64,000 bases of DNA from an uncultured virus (IMG/VR IMGVR_UViG_3300021961_000061) (taxonomy: Duplodnaviria; Heunggongvirae; Uroviricota; Caudoviricetes): IMG/VR virus record IMGVR_UViG_3300021961_000061. One strand, 5' to 3'. The position numbers and the translations under genes were made by a program. Of this stretch, positions 30,164-38,920 are shown one piece after another; within the stretch, counting starts at the first letter, position 1; each line of letters begins with the position of its first letter. The notes beneath the pieces are model-generated. The model was not told where the DNA came from. It searched no databases and worked only from the letters and a program-made list of their open reading frames with translations.

Positions 30164-31027
30164 TTAAAACGGTAAATCTTCATCAGGTTGTGCGTTAGCC
30201 TGAGGGTCTTGGTAAGAGGAGTTAGTAGAAGAACTACTGTGGGTTCCACCGAAAGATTCTGTGGATGCCTCATCATTACCATAAACATACTCACCACGCT
30301 CACTATCCCAACGAGGTACATCACCACGAGCAATTGCTTCAAGGTACTCTACGGGTTTCTTTGAGTAAACATCATTCCATGTCAACTCATCGTTCACCCA
30401 TGAATCCATAGTTGATTTGTCCTCGTGAATCGCACAAGGGTCATCATACATAATTGTTGATACTGTGGTGTAAACAGCACCCTTAGGGGTTTTCTGTTTT
30501 GCCAGTTCAATGATTAGGTCACGACCTTTGTCTGGGTCAGTAATGTCACCTTTGTTACGCCAAATTGGAATAATCTTATCAAGAATACCCTCATTTTTGT
30601 AATTGTGCTTGAATCGCCAAAACTTAACACCATCTTCTTCATGGTCTCGGTCGATTACTTTGACAATATAAAATTTGCGTGACTTATACTGTTTGGCAAG
30701 TTCCTTGTCGGAATCTCGTCCTGTTGACATAAGTTCTTCATAGACCTCATTCAATGGGGAACGCTCGTTGTCGTTCTTACCTGGGTCATAGAACTTCTGC
30801 CATTTTCCACCCACTTGGATTTCATGGTACCAAGCCTCCTTGAAGGGAGAGCTACCGTCCGAGGTAGGTAGAATACGAACACGGCGTGTTCCTGAATTTG
30901 ATTTTTCGTCCAAGATAAGTGCGAAATATTTTTTCATTCGCTCGTCTTGAGACATTTTTCCTTGCCCTCCTCCGTTGGATTGTTGGGCTTTTTCGTACTG
31001 TGCAAGTACTGCGTCTAATGAACTCAT
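30164..31027 (-). CDS. Single-stranded DNA-binding protein (T4 gp32-like)
   Basis: 'RVRILP', 'YIVKVIDRDHEEDGVKFWRF', 'DITDPDKGRDL', acidic tail ending DEDLPF; next to RecA. Confidence 0.85.
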   Translation of the reverse strand: MSSLDAVLAQYEKAQQSNGGGQGKMSQDERMKKYFALILDEKSNSGTRRVRILPTSDGSSPFKEAWYHEIQVGGKWQKFYDPGKNDNERSPLNEVYEELMSTGRDSDKELAKQYKSRKFYIVKVIDRDHEEDGVKFWRFKHNYKNEGILDKIIPIWRNKGDITDPDKGRDLIIELAKQKTPKGAVYTTVSTIMYDDPCAIHEDKSTMDSWVNDELTWNDVYSKKPVEYLEAIARGDVPRWDSERGEYVYGNDEASTESFGGTHSSSSTNSSYQDPQANAQPDEDLPF

Positions 31028-31054
31028 AATAAATTAATTTAAGTTAGTGTTAAA

Positions 31055-31083
31055 AAGATAAAAAATCATAAATAAAATGTCAA
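31055..31083 (-). promoter_or_regulatory. Host-sigma-type early/middle promoter of the replication operon
   Basis: TTGACA-17nt-TATCTT, 27 nt upstream of the SSB ATG, just downstream of a terminator. Confidence 0.75.
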
Positions 31084-31102
31084 ATAGGATTTTAAATAAA
31101 AT

Positions 31103-31128
31103 AAAAAAGGTTGTGTTTCCACAACCTT
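31103..31128 (-). terminator. Rho-independent terminator
   Basis: AAGGTTGTG-GAAA-CACAACCTT-TTTT: perfect stem with a GAAA tetraloop. Confidence 0.85.
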
Positions 31129-31153
31129 AATAATAGTAAACTTTTCAAAAAAA

Positions 31154-31783
31154 TCAAAACTTAAATGGTAATTCTCCCTTTTCACTTGGGAAGAATGTTT
31201 TCTTAATTTCAGCTGGACTTACATCCTCTACATCGTCTGTTGTCAAAATATACTCTTCTTTTCCTGATTTTTCCCAATCTTCTTTCTTGTCTTCAAAAAA
31301 ATCTGATAGTTTTTTGTTAAAAGGTCCTGAATCAATTGTTCTTAATTCTAATTTTTCTTCGGGAGTCTTTGGTCTAAATTTCTCAATCTTGGTCTCAATA
31401 TCATTCAATTTGTTAACTAAATTATCCATCTCCCCTAATTTAGATTCTAAGTTTTGTAGATAGGTAAATAAATTGTCAAAATATTCTTCTTGTTTGTTTT
31501 CAATATTTTTCTGAGCCGTAACTAATTCTGTTACATCTAATTCTTCTGTGCCACCACCTTGTTCACCAGCTGGTTCGTCACCAATTTTTTCAACCTCAGT
31601 ATCTGCAGTCAAATCTATTTTTTGTGGTGTAATACCACCCGCGTCGGGTGTTGCCGCAACTTCGGGTGCCGCTTCAGGTTCAGGTAAACCAGGAACCAAA
31701 GGAGCCGCCTCTTGTTCCGTAATATAATTATTTATCTTATGGTGTCTTTCGATTTCCCTTAGTATTTTCTTATCGATACTCAT
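31154..31783 (-). CDS. Acidic coiled-coil hypothetical protein (possible head-internal/scaffold-like)
   Basis: 209 aa; N-terminal 'KILRE...ITEQ', a Pro/Ala/Glu-rich linker and a heptad region. Confidence 0.6.
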   Translation of the reverse strand: MSIDKKILREIERHHKINNYITEQEAAPLVPGLPEPEAAPEVAATPDAGGITPQKIDLTADTEVEKIGDEPAGEQGGGTEELDVTELVTAQKNIENKQEEYFDNLFTYLQNLESKLGEMDNLVNKLNDIETKIEKFRPKTPEEKLELRTIDSGPFNKKLSDFFEDKKEDWEKSGKEEYILTTDDVEDVSPAEIKKTFFPSEKGELPFKF

Positions 31784-31787
31784 TGAA

Positions 31788-32012
31788 TTATCCGTTTAAT
31801 AATTGTTTAATTCCGTTTGGTGTTTCAACACGAACTCTACGGTTTGCTGTGATATCGTGACCGGCTCTTTCAATCAATCCATCTCTCTCACGGATGGTAT
31901 AACAATCTCCAGTATCCAAATCACATACATGTTTGGTACCATCTCCATTGTCTCTTTCGGAAATTCTTGTAGATTTTCCGAGGTATTGGTTTAATACTGA
32001 ATTAATATTCAT
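31788..32012 (-). CDS. Small hypothetical protein (CDLDTGDC motif)
   Basis: 74-aa ORF with TATTTAT upstream (32027-32034). Confidence 0.6.
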   Translation of the reverse strand: MNINSVLNQYLGKSTRISERDNGDGTKHVCDLDTGDCYTIRERDGLIERAGHDITANRRVRVETPNGIKQLLNG

Positions 32013-32056
32013 AATCCTTTTTTCTTAATAAATATACCCAATTAGCAATAAGTGGG

Positions 32057-35000
32057 TTAACTACAAGTCGGGGTAACTGTAATAATGGTGTTTATGTTAT
32101 TAATCGGTGGTACTGGTGTGGGCTCAGGTGTAAACACAGGTATCGTAGAATTTAAACCTAATTGTTTCGCTAAAGTCTGTGCCTCCTTCAAAGTTGCCTT
32201 CAATTTTGAATTTGTAGTTTGAGAAGTTCCCCTTGGGTACGGCCAATTTTTTAAGTAATAGGTTTCAATACTTCTATTTCTAATTTCGTTAATACTACCC
32301 TGAATTCTATCTCTTACGAAATTAATGTATGTTATCGTATCTTGGAAAGATGCAAACGGCATTGTAACCTCAGTGGTATTTTCTGTTTTCATTTTTCTAC
32401 ACGAATATGTTCGTTGGAAATATTGGTCAACAGTTGCACCATAGTCATAATTCAAAGTTATCTTTCCATAGTTGTTATTTGAAGAGACCATGTTCTTATT
32501 AACACCAGTCGAAGCAAAGGACAACATGAAAATGGCAAACTGAATATCGGGGTCTGTCGTTGATTGTGATAATAATGATACAAACCCTTGAGTGTTGATT
32601 GAAGTGTCAACACCAACAACCGCTTCATAACCTAAAGTATTTAAGTATGGTTCTTCCAATACCTTAGATACACACGAATTCGGTGCATCGGTGGTTGTTT
32701 GTGGGTCAGTAGATAGATTAGCATTATTACCTTGAGTTGTGGTTGTGGTTGTACCACGAGAGACATCTCTTTTTTGTTTTGTATTTTGTAATAACTTACT
32801 TACCAAGTTTTTATTGATACTCTGTAAGTACCCATCCAAATATGGTAAAGAGTAAATCCCCTGTCTAATACCTGTAAACTTAGTTTGGAATGTACCAGGA
32901 CTTATGGTATGTTGAACATCTGTAATCATATATGAACCATTGAACAATGGAACATGTCGAAGGTTGAAGTACATTGTAGGTTGAATCAAAGCATTACCAA
33001 AAGAAATAACCTCACACTCGTAACTCATGTTTTTGTAAATGTTGTACAAAGAGACATTTTGGGTTGCAACATTTCTACCCGCAGCACTTGCCGACATTAA
33101 ATTAATTTGTTGTATAGACTCCGATGTTGCTTTACCACCATCCTGAGAAATACTAAATGAATAAAAGACATTTTGATTTCTTGTACCTATGTCAACATTG
33201 AATCCGACACATCTATTTGAAAGAGCCCAGTCTCTCTTATCATCTTGGTTTTCCACCAATGGGTTCTGTTGGGGTTCCCTCAAATCAAACGCATCACTTC
33301 TGAACAAGTAGTTTTTTGTTTCACTTTGCATGTCCAAGTATGTGGATGGTCTTTCTGTGTAGAAACAAACCAATTTAGGTCCCGAGTTTCTGTAATCAAC
33401 ATTAAGGAATGTCCCCCACATGTTATTGGCAAATTCTTGACCTGGTTCGATGTTTGGTTGGGCTGAGGCGGAAACCTCCTGTACATTGTAGAAGTTTACA
33501 TAAGCAGGCATTGGCATCACCGAAAAATGGTTCTGAGTAAGAATACCACTTATAAACACAAACACACTCATATTGTAGTTTATGTTTTGTGGGTCGGCCA
33601 ACAGTTTAAGATTGAAAATATCCAACACTACTTTGTCTCCAATGTTTCTCGACGCTCTATCTAAGAAGAGAATGTCTTCAAAAAGCGTTTGATTCGTATA
33701 ATCAGAACCAGCAATCCACTTATCATTTAACGCTTTGAATACCTCGTACAATTCAACTTTACTTTGTTTTGAATCAAACTTGGATTGAATTGTTTTTTCA
33801 GGAACCTCTGTGATGTTCGGTAGGTCAGCCCTTACAATACTCAATGTGTTGTCTAATGCAGTATTTTGAAACTCTTGAGTTATCCCAATATAATTTGCCA
33901 ACGACTGAGCAAAACTATTACTTGTGACACCTGTTGGGTCTTCAAGTTTCTGAGTTGCATACATCTTAATTATTGGACTCAAAAATTCCACATTCTGAGC
34001 GGTAAAGGCAATGTCGTTGTCAATGAAGAAGTCCGTGATATAAGAACCATTGTCACTATAAATCAATTCAGGAATGCGAGAGAATCCAACATTCAATCTC
34101 AATGCTTCCCACGCTTGTGGATTAGCCGCTTGTGATTGCAAAAGAGTTACTGTTCCCCCCAAACTCGGAAGTGAACCGTCTACATATGGACCAAAAGGTA
34201 TTGGGTCGACCACAAAATTTTGTCCCAACACATAAGTCATAAATGAATCCATTTCTCTTCTCTTGTACTGAGTTGGGTTACCCATTCGAAGAGCAACATC
34301 AAACTCCATAAGATTTTGAAGTTGACTCATAGACTTTGAATATTGAGTATCAATCAATTGTTTGAACAAATCTTCCTGAGTAGCGTAAAGTGAAGGAAGA
34401 GGTACACTCATCAACTCACGATATAACGATTGGAAATTTCTATAGGATTCGTTAGCGGTGTTAGAAGTTGCAGAGGTTCCACGAGTAGTTGGTGTGGTTC
34501 CATCAACCAAGAAGTCCCCCCCACCAATTTGAGAATCAAAATTGGTAACAGGTTGAGAAAACTTCAAAAACTCTCTCTCCAATAAATCCAATACCTGTTT
34601 TTCAAATACACCCAACAAATCATCAATCTTAGAATAATCGTTAGTTACTAAAGTTGACGCTGGTTGACCTATTAATCTGAAAGGTGGTGTGACCCCCACA
34701 TTAGGAATTAAGTTCATGTAAGCATCGTAATCGGGTCTCTGTATGTGGTCTATATCCAAATATCCATAGTTAGACATCTTCCACATAGTTCTGACCGACC
34801 CATTAAACAACGCAGGGTTGTTGTAAATGTCACCTGTTAAAACCCCGGCACTGTTAAATAACGCTTCCCTCACTTGGTTGTATGTGGTTCCAAAGGAGGG
34901 AAGAATGTAATAACTCGTTTCTGGCGTAGAAGGGGGGGTATTACAAATTGTTTGTTGAGGGTCTGAAGGCTCTATCGTATCAGGTACAATACAAGAGTAA

Positions 35001-38000
35001 GTGTTGATGTTAATCACTCGGTCCAAACCAGTTGTATCAACGGTGGAAACAAAGATGTTTGACTGACTTAAATTTTGTATTTTAAATCCTTGGGCTAAAG
35101 ACTGGTTGATTTCACTATCAGTGTAATTGGTCCACAAATCAGAACCATTAAGGAAATAGTTGAAATCGTTGATTGTCTTGGGATAAAACCCTACTTGAAG
35201 TTCATCGTACTGTGAAGTGGAGGTAAAGTCTTGTTCTTGAAGTGTAATGGTACCAACACCATTGAGTACATAACTTGTATCTGTTTGTCCACTTACAGGG
35301 TCATAGTTGTTGATATAGTCAAAGTTAGCCCATACAGGTCCCAAAATGTCTTGTCCTGTTTGAACAAATTCTTTGTATCTGTGCCATATTGCGCCATATT
35401 TCAAAACCCACACATAAGGAAGACGGTGAATCGCACCAAACTTTCTCATACTCGCAAAGATGTAATCCAAGGGAGTTGACGAATCCAGGGTCTTGTATCT
35501 TTCTTTGAAGGTCGCTAAGGGTAAAGAATTAAGGAAAAGGAATGCCGCTTGTTTGTGAGGTGAACTTGTACCGTTCTTTTGGTTTTGTACACCATACTGA
35601 ATCGCATTGATAAAGTATGGGGTGTTTAACATTGAGGTTGTCGTGTTCAGTAGGTTTGCAGTATTTTCTCTTGCAATGAACCCTTCTGTTGGTAACAAGT
35701 CATCCGCGGTTCTACCTTGATAAAATTCATTTATACCATCGGTGAGGTCGGGAGTTGTAGCATCTAAATAAGAGAATGATGTTACAGGTCTAATCTGTGT
35801 TTTATTCGTAATGTCATCAAAATTACAAATAAGATTTTTTGGCTTGTAAAGTCGGTAAGTTCTTGTTGTGTTGTATGCCCTTATGGCATCATTGGTAAAC
35901 AAGTAGTTATTCAAATAAGTTGCATTCCACAATTCATCCGTAAACGGGTATGTATCTACAACCATTGGGATGTTGGTTTCAGTGAGAGTCAAAAGTTTTT
36001 CTAACTCATTGACTTGTGGTAATGAAAAGGTCTGAGTTTGTACACTTGTTGAGAGTGTATCCAAACTCAATATTGAGGAACTGTTTGCAACTTCATCCCT
36101 CAAATAAGTTGTCACCCAATAATCTCTAACAAAATTATTCCAGTCTCTACCGGTTCCATCATTGGATATACCTTGAAGGAATTGAATATAATTGTTGGCA
36201 TTAAGTGGGAAGTTTTTCAACTTCATTATGATGTAAGGTGAGCTTACTCCTAAACTTGTTGTGATATCATTTGATTCTACATTTGCCACAAGCTCCAACA
36301 AAGAAGTTCTTGTTGCAGAGTTCCCTATCCTTGAAAGCCCCGCATATCGAGAATACACATAACTTCTTTCGTAAATTTCAAAGAAGAACTTAACCTCTTC
36401 TTTGTTGAGATATGCAAAATTCACATATGGAAATTCCAAAGAGTTAATGTTCAAACGGTTGGTAACCTGTCCCTCATTTTCTTTCGATGGTTGCGAAACA
36501 GGTGGTTGATATCTTTGGCTAACACCTTTGAGATATTCTTCAACAAATTCTACCTCAGGCCACTTATCGTACAAATACCCTTTAGTAAGGTTCACAATCG
36601 ACGGGTCACCAGGATATGCCAAATCATATCGATTCACATTTTTATCATCTCTATTCTCGATGAATACTTGTGGCCAAGGGTAAACAGGTTCTTCAGAGTT
36701 GCGAGCGGCTTGAGACGCGTTTGACGCATAGTTAACATTTCTAACATTGTCTGAATTAGGAACTGCTGATTGTGAATTAAAAATCACACTTCTTCTTATG
36801 GGGTCTGTTCTTACCCCCCATGCAGTTTCGTGAACCTCATTCATCAACCTGATGAAAGCTTCTGTCGAGGCAAAAATGACCGCCATCACATTTCTCACAG
36901 TTGGTACAAACCCTAAACCACTTTTAGCGGCAATTCTTTCAGCCAACTTAGTACTCAATTCCTCTTCGATAATGGAGGTTTTTTTATCCAAATCACTCTG
37001 CATTACCCTGATTAAATTATCAAATCTAGCCGTACCTTGGAATACAAAGAAAGGTTTTTTGACTTGTTTAATTCCTTCAGGGGTTATCTCTACAGTAATA
37101 TTAAATTGGTCTTTGAGAATTCTATTGAAAAAATCTAAGGTTTGTCCCGAGGAGGGTGTTACAATTCCCGTTTGGTTCCTCAAGGTTTGATTTATATCCA
37201 GTTGACTCGGGTCAATGTATGTAATAAAACTATTGTAAGTAATTGAGTTATCTATTCTGTAATTCTTTTCACCTTTAGTTTCACCAAAAGTTCTATTTTC
37301 ATTTAATCTTACTGTATAGGAATCTACCTCGGCTTTAAGTTCTGTTAATGCTTGTTCTCTTCTTTGAGCGTCCAACTCGGTTTTAAACGCATAAACAATG
37401 GTACCATCTTTTAAAGTATATGGGTTAGCGTTTACATACTTTGTGAACCAAGAATCTTGTTCTCCCCTTATTGCCTTGAAATATTTGTCCAAATAATTTG
37501 CAAAGGTTGTAGAATCGGTCAAGGGTTGTAAATCCGCTTTACCCTTAAATTCATTCAAAATATCTTGTTCTATGTGCTGAAGTTTGTATGCCATTTCAGC
37601 AATAGTAATTTCAGGGAAATCAACAGGGATTAATCCTTTGGATTTGTATATTGCATACATCTCCTTTATTTTTTGATACCCTTTTTCAGAAACACTTTCT
37701 ACTACTGTATCTGTATCAGAAATTGTTGCATCACCAGTTAAATTACCCTCATTGTTAGCATTGTTAATGACACTATTGTCTTGTAACCCAACATCACTCC
37801 TTGTAATGTTAAAAGTTTTACTATACATGTGAGGGGTTGCAATGAGATGACCCAAGGAAATTTCATTTAAAATATTGTACTTGTAACCTTGGAATTGACA
37901 GGTTACTTGATAGTTTCCACTGAATGTGTTGAATCTTGCGGTAAACTTCCAAAGGTTCAATTGATATCTGACGGCTTGTCCATACCAACCTTTGAGAGTA

Positions 38001-38605
38001 AGATAAAAAGGACAATAGGGTAAATTAAAAAATGCCGCGTATGGTGATTGGTCCCCTGACTCGAACAGTGCCTTTCCTTGAACATCCTCAAGTTCTATAG
38101 TAACCTCAGGAATGAATGACATATTTGTTCTTATCTGAATACTTGTAATTCCAAGTAATCCAGGGTCGTAAACTCTACCACTTCCGTCAGTTGCAGTATA
38201 TTGTTTGTAATACTTTTGGCCATTGTTGTCGTTACTGACAACCTCCTCAAATCTCTGTAATCTTCCTTTACCCTGATTAGAATTTAGACCTGTGAGGTCA
38301 TCGTAATATCCAGTGTTTAAAAACTCATCACTGTTTGGTTTCAAAAAATTGATTGATGCAATTGAGATTGTTCTCAAATTGTCTTGAGGTGAACCACCCA
38401 CAGCAAGTTTAGTTCTTGGAAGCACGGATGCCTCCAAATTTGCATACATTACAAGATTCTCGTGGTCAACTAATCGTTCTTCAATTAGTGTTTTTCCTCC
38501 TGCAGTAACCCTCGAAGTTTTGTTGGGGTCTACTAAGATTATATTGTTGTAATCCGCCTCAACTAATATATTTCCTGAATTATCCCCAAAAACATTATCT
38601 GCCAT
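32057..38605 (-). CDS. Very large baseplate hub-like protein (gp27/VgrG/late-control-D-like termini)
   Basis: 2182 aa. N-terminal 'LGITSIQI...PEVTIELEDVQG...FYLTLKGWYG' and C-terminal 'IQPTMYFNLRHVPLFNGSYMITDVQHTISPGTFQTKFTG' resemble the hub fold; follows the LysM/gp53-like gene. Confidence 0.6.
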   Translation of the reverse strand: MADNVFGDNSGNILVEADYNNIILVDPNKTSRVTAGGKTLIEERLVDHENLVMYANLEASVLPRTKLAVGGSPQDNLRTISIASINFLKPNSDEFLNTGYYDDLTGLNSNQGKGRLQRFEEVVSNDNNGQKYYKQYTATDGSGRVYDPGLLGITSIQIRTNMSFIPEVTIELEDVQGKALFESGDQSPYAAFFNLPYCPFYLTLKGWYGQAVRYQLNLWKFTARFNTFSGNYQVTCQFQGYKYNILNEISLGHLIATPHMYSKTFNITRSDVGLQDNSVINNANNEGNLTGDATISDTDTVVESVSEKGYQKIKEMYAIYKSKGLIPVDFPEITIAEMAYKLQHIEQDILNEFKGKADLQPLTDSTTFANYLDKYFKAIRGEQDSWFTKYVNANPYTLKDGTIVYAFKTELDAQRREQALTELKAEVDSYTVRLNENRTFGETKGEKNYRIDNSITYNSFITYIDPSQLDINQTLRNQTGIVTPSSGQTLDFFNRILKDQFNITVEITPEGIKQVKKPFFVFQGTARFDNLIRVMQSDLDKKTSIIEEELSTKLAERIAAKSGLGFVPTVRNVMAVIFASTEAFIRLMNEVHETAWGVRTDPIRRSVIFNSQSAVPNSDNVRNVNYASNASQAARNSEEPVYPWPQVFIENRDDKNVNRYDLAYPGDPSIVNLTKGYLYDKWPEVEFVEEYLKGVSQRYQPPVSQPSKENEGQVTNRLNINSLEFPYVNFAYLNKEEVKFFFEIYERSYVYSRYAGLSRIGNSATRTSLLELVANVESNDITTSLGVSSPYIIMKLKNFPLNANNYIQFLQGISNDGTGRDWNNFVRDYWVTTYLRDEVANSSSILSLDTLSTSVQTQTFSLPQVNELEKLLTLTETNIPMVVDTYPFTDELWNATYLNNYLFTNDAIRAYNTTRTYRLYKPKNLICNFDDITNKTQIRPVTSFSYLDATTPDLTDGINEFYQGRTADDLLPTEGFIARENTANLLNTTTSMLNTPYFINAIQYGVQNQKNGTSSPHKQAAFLFLNSLPLATFKERYKTLDSSTPLDYIFASMRKFGAIHRLPYVWVLKYGAIWHRYKEFVQTGQDILGPVWANFDYINNYDPVSGQTDTSYVLNGVGTITLQEQDFTSTSQYDELQVGFYPKTINDFNYFLNGSDLWTNYTDSEINQSLAQGFKIQNLSQSNIFVSTVDTTGLDRVININTYSCIVPDTIEPSDPQQTICNTPPSTPETSYYILPSFGTTYNQVREALFNSAGVLTGDIYNNPALFNGSVRTMWKMSNYGYLDIDHIQRPDYDAYMNLIPNVGVTPPFRLIGQPASTLVTNDYSKIDDLLGVFEKQVLDLLEREFLKFSQPVTNFDSQIGGGDFLVDGTTPTTRGTSATSNTANESYRNFQSLYRELMSVPLPSLYATQEDLFKQLIDTQYSKSMSQLQNLMEFDVALRMGNPTQYKRREMDSFMTYVLGQNFVVDPIPFGPYVDGSLPSLGGTVTLLQSQAANPQAWEALRLNVGFSRIPELIYSDNGSYITDFFIDNDIAFTAQNVEFLSPIIKMYATQKLEDPTGVTSNSFAQSLANYIGITQEFQNTALDNTLSIVRADLPNITEVPEKTIQSKFDSKQSKVELYEVFKALNDKWIAGSDYTNQTLFEDILFLDRASRNIGDKVVLDIFNLKLLADPQNINYNMSVFVFISGILTQNHFSVMPMPAYVNFYNVQEVSASAQPNIEPGQEFANNMWGTFLNVDYRNSGPKLVCFYTERPSTYLDMQSETKNYLFRSDAFDLREPQQNPLVENQDDKRDWALSNRCVGFNVDIGTRNQNVFYSFSISQDGGKATSESIQQINLMSASAAGRNVATQNVSLYNIYKNMSYECEVISFGNALIQPTMYFNLRHVPLFNGSYMITDVQHTISPGTFQTKFTGIRQGIYSLPYLDGYLQSINKNLVSKLLQNTKQKRDVSRGTTTTTTQGNNANLSTDPQTTTDAPNSCVSKVLEEPYLNTLGYEAVVGVDTSINTQGFVSLLSQSTTDPDIQFAIFMLSFASTGVNKNMVSSNNNYGKITLNYDYGATVDQYFQRTYSCRKMKTENTTEVTMPFASFQDTITYINFVRDRIQGSINEIRNRSIETYYLKNWPYPRGTSQTTNSKLKATLKEAQTLAKQLGLNSTIPVFTPEPTPVPPINNINTIITVTPTCS

Positions 38606-38918
38606 AGTAATAGAAGTAGTTATCTACTGCAAGTTTATAGTCCTGTAGAGAAGTTATCAAAGGATATGGAATATTCAAGAATGAACCATCAATAATATTA
38701 TTTTCAAGTCCACCGAACTGTGGATTGGCCTGTAGTATTAACCACCCAAAAAATGGCGTACCATAGTATTCTTGTGAAACCATGTCCAATCTACTTCTAC
38801 CCACTTTGTAAACATAAACCTTGTCTGAGGGTTTTGATGTAATAGGAACATACGGAACAACACTTGTTTCTCCGTTTATTTGGAAGGGTGTATATCTGTT
38901 ATAGTATTGAAAGGCCAT
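38595..38918 (-). CDS. Baseplate LysM-domain protein (gp53 / P2 gpX-like)
   Basis: 'RLDMVSQEYYGTPFFGWLILQANP...DGSFLNIP'. Confidence 0.8.
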   Translation of the reverse strand: MAFQYYNRYTPFQINGETSVVPYVPITSKPSDKVYVYKVGRSRLDMVSQEYYGTPFFGWLILQANPQFGGLENNIIDGSFLNIPYPLITSLQDYKLAVDNYFYYYGR

Positions 38919-38920
38919 GA

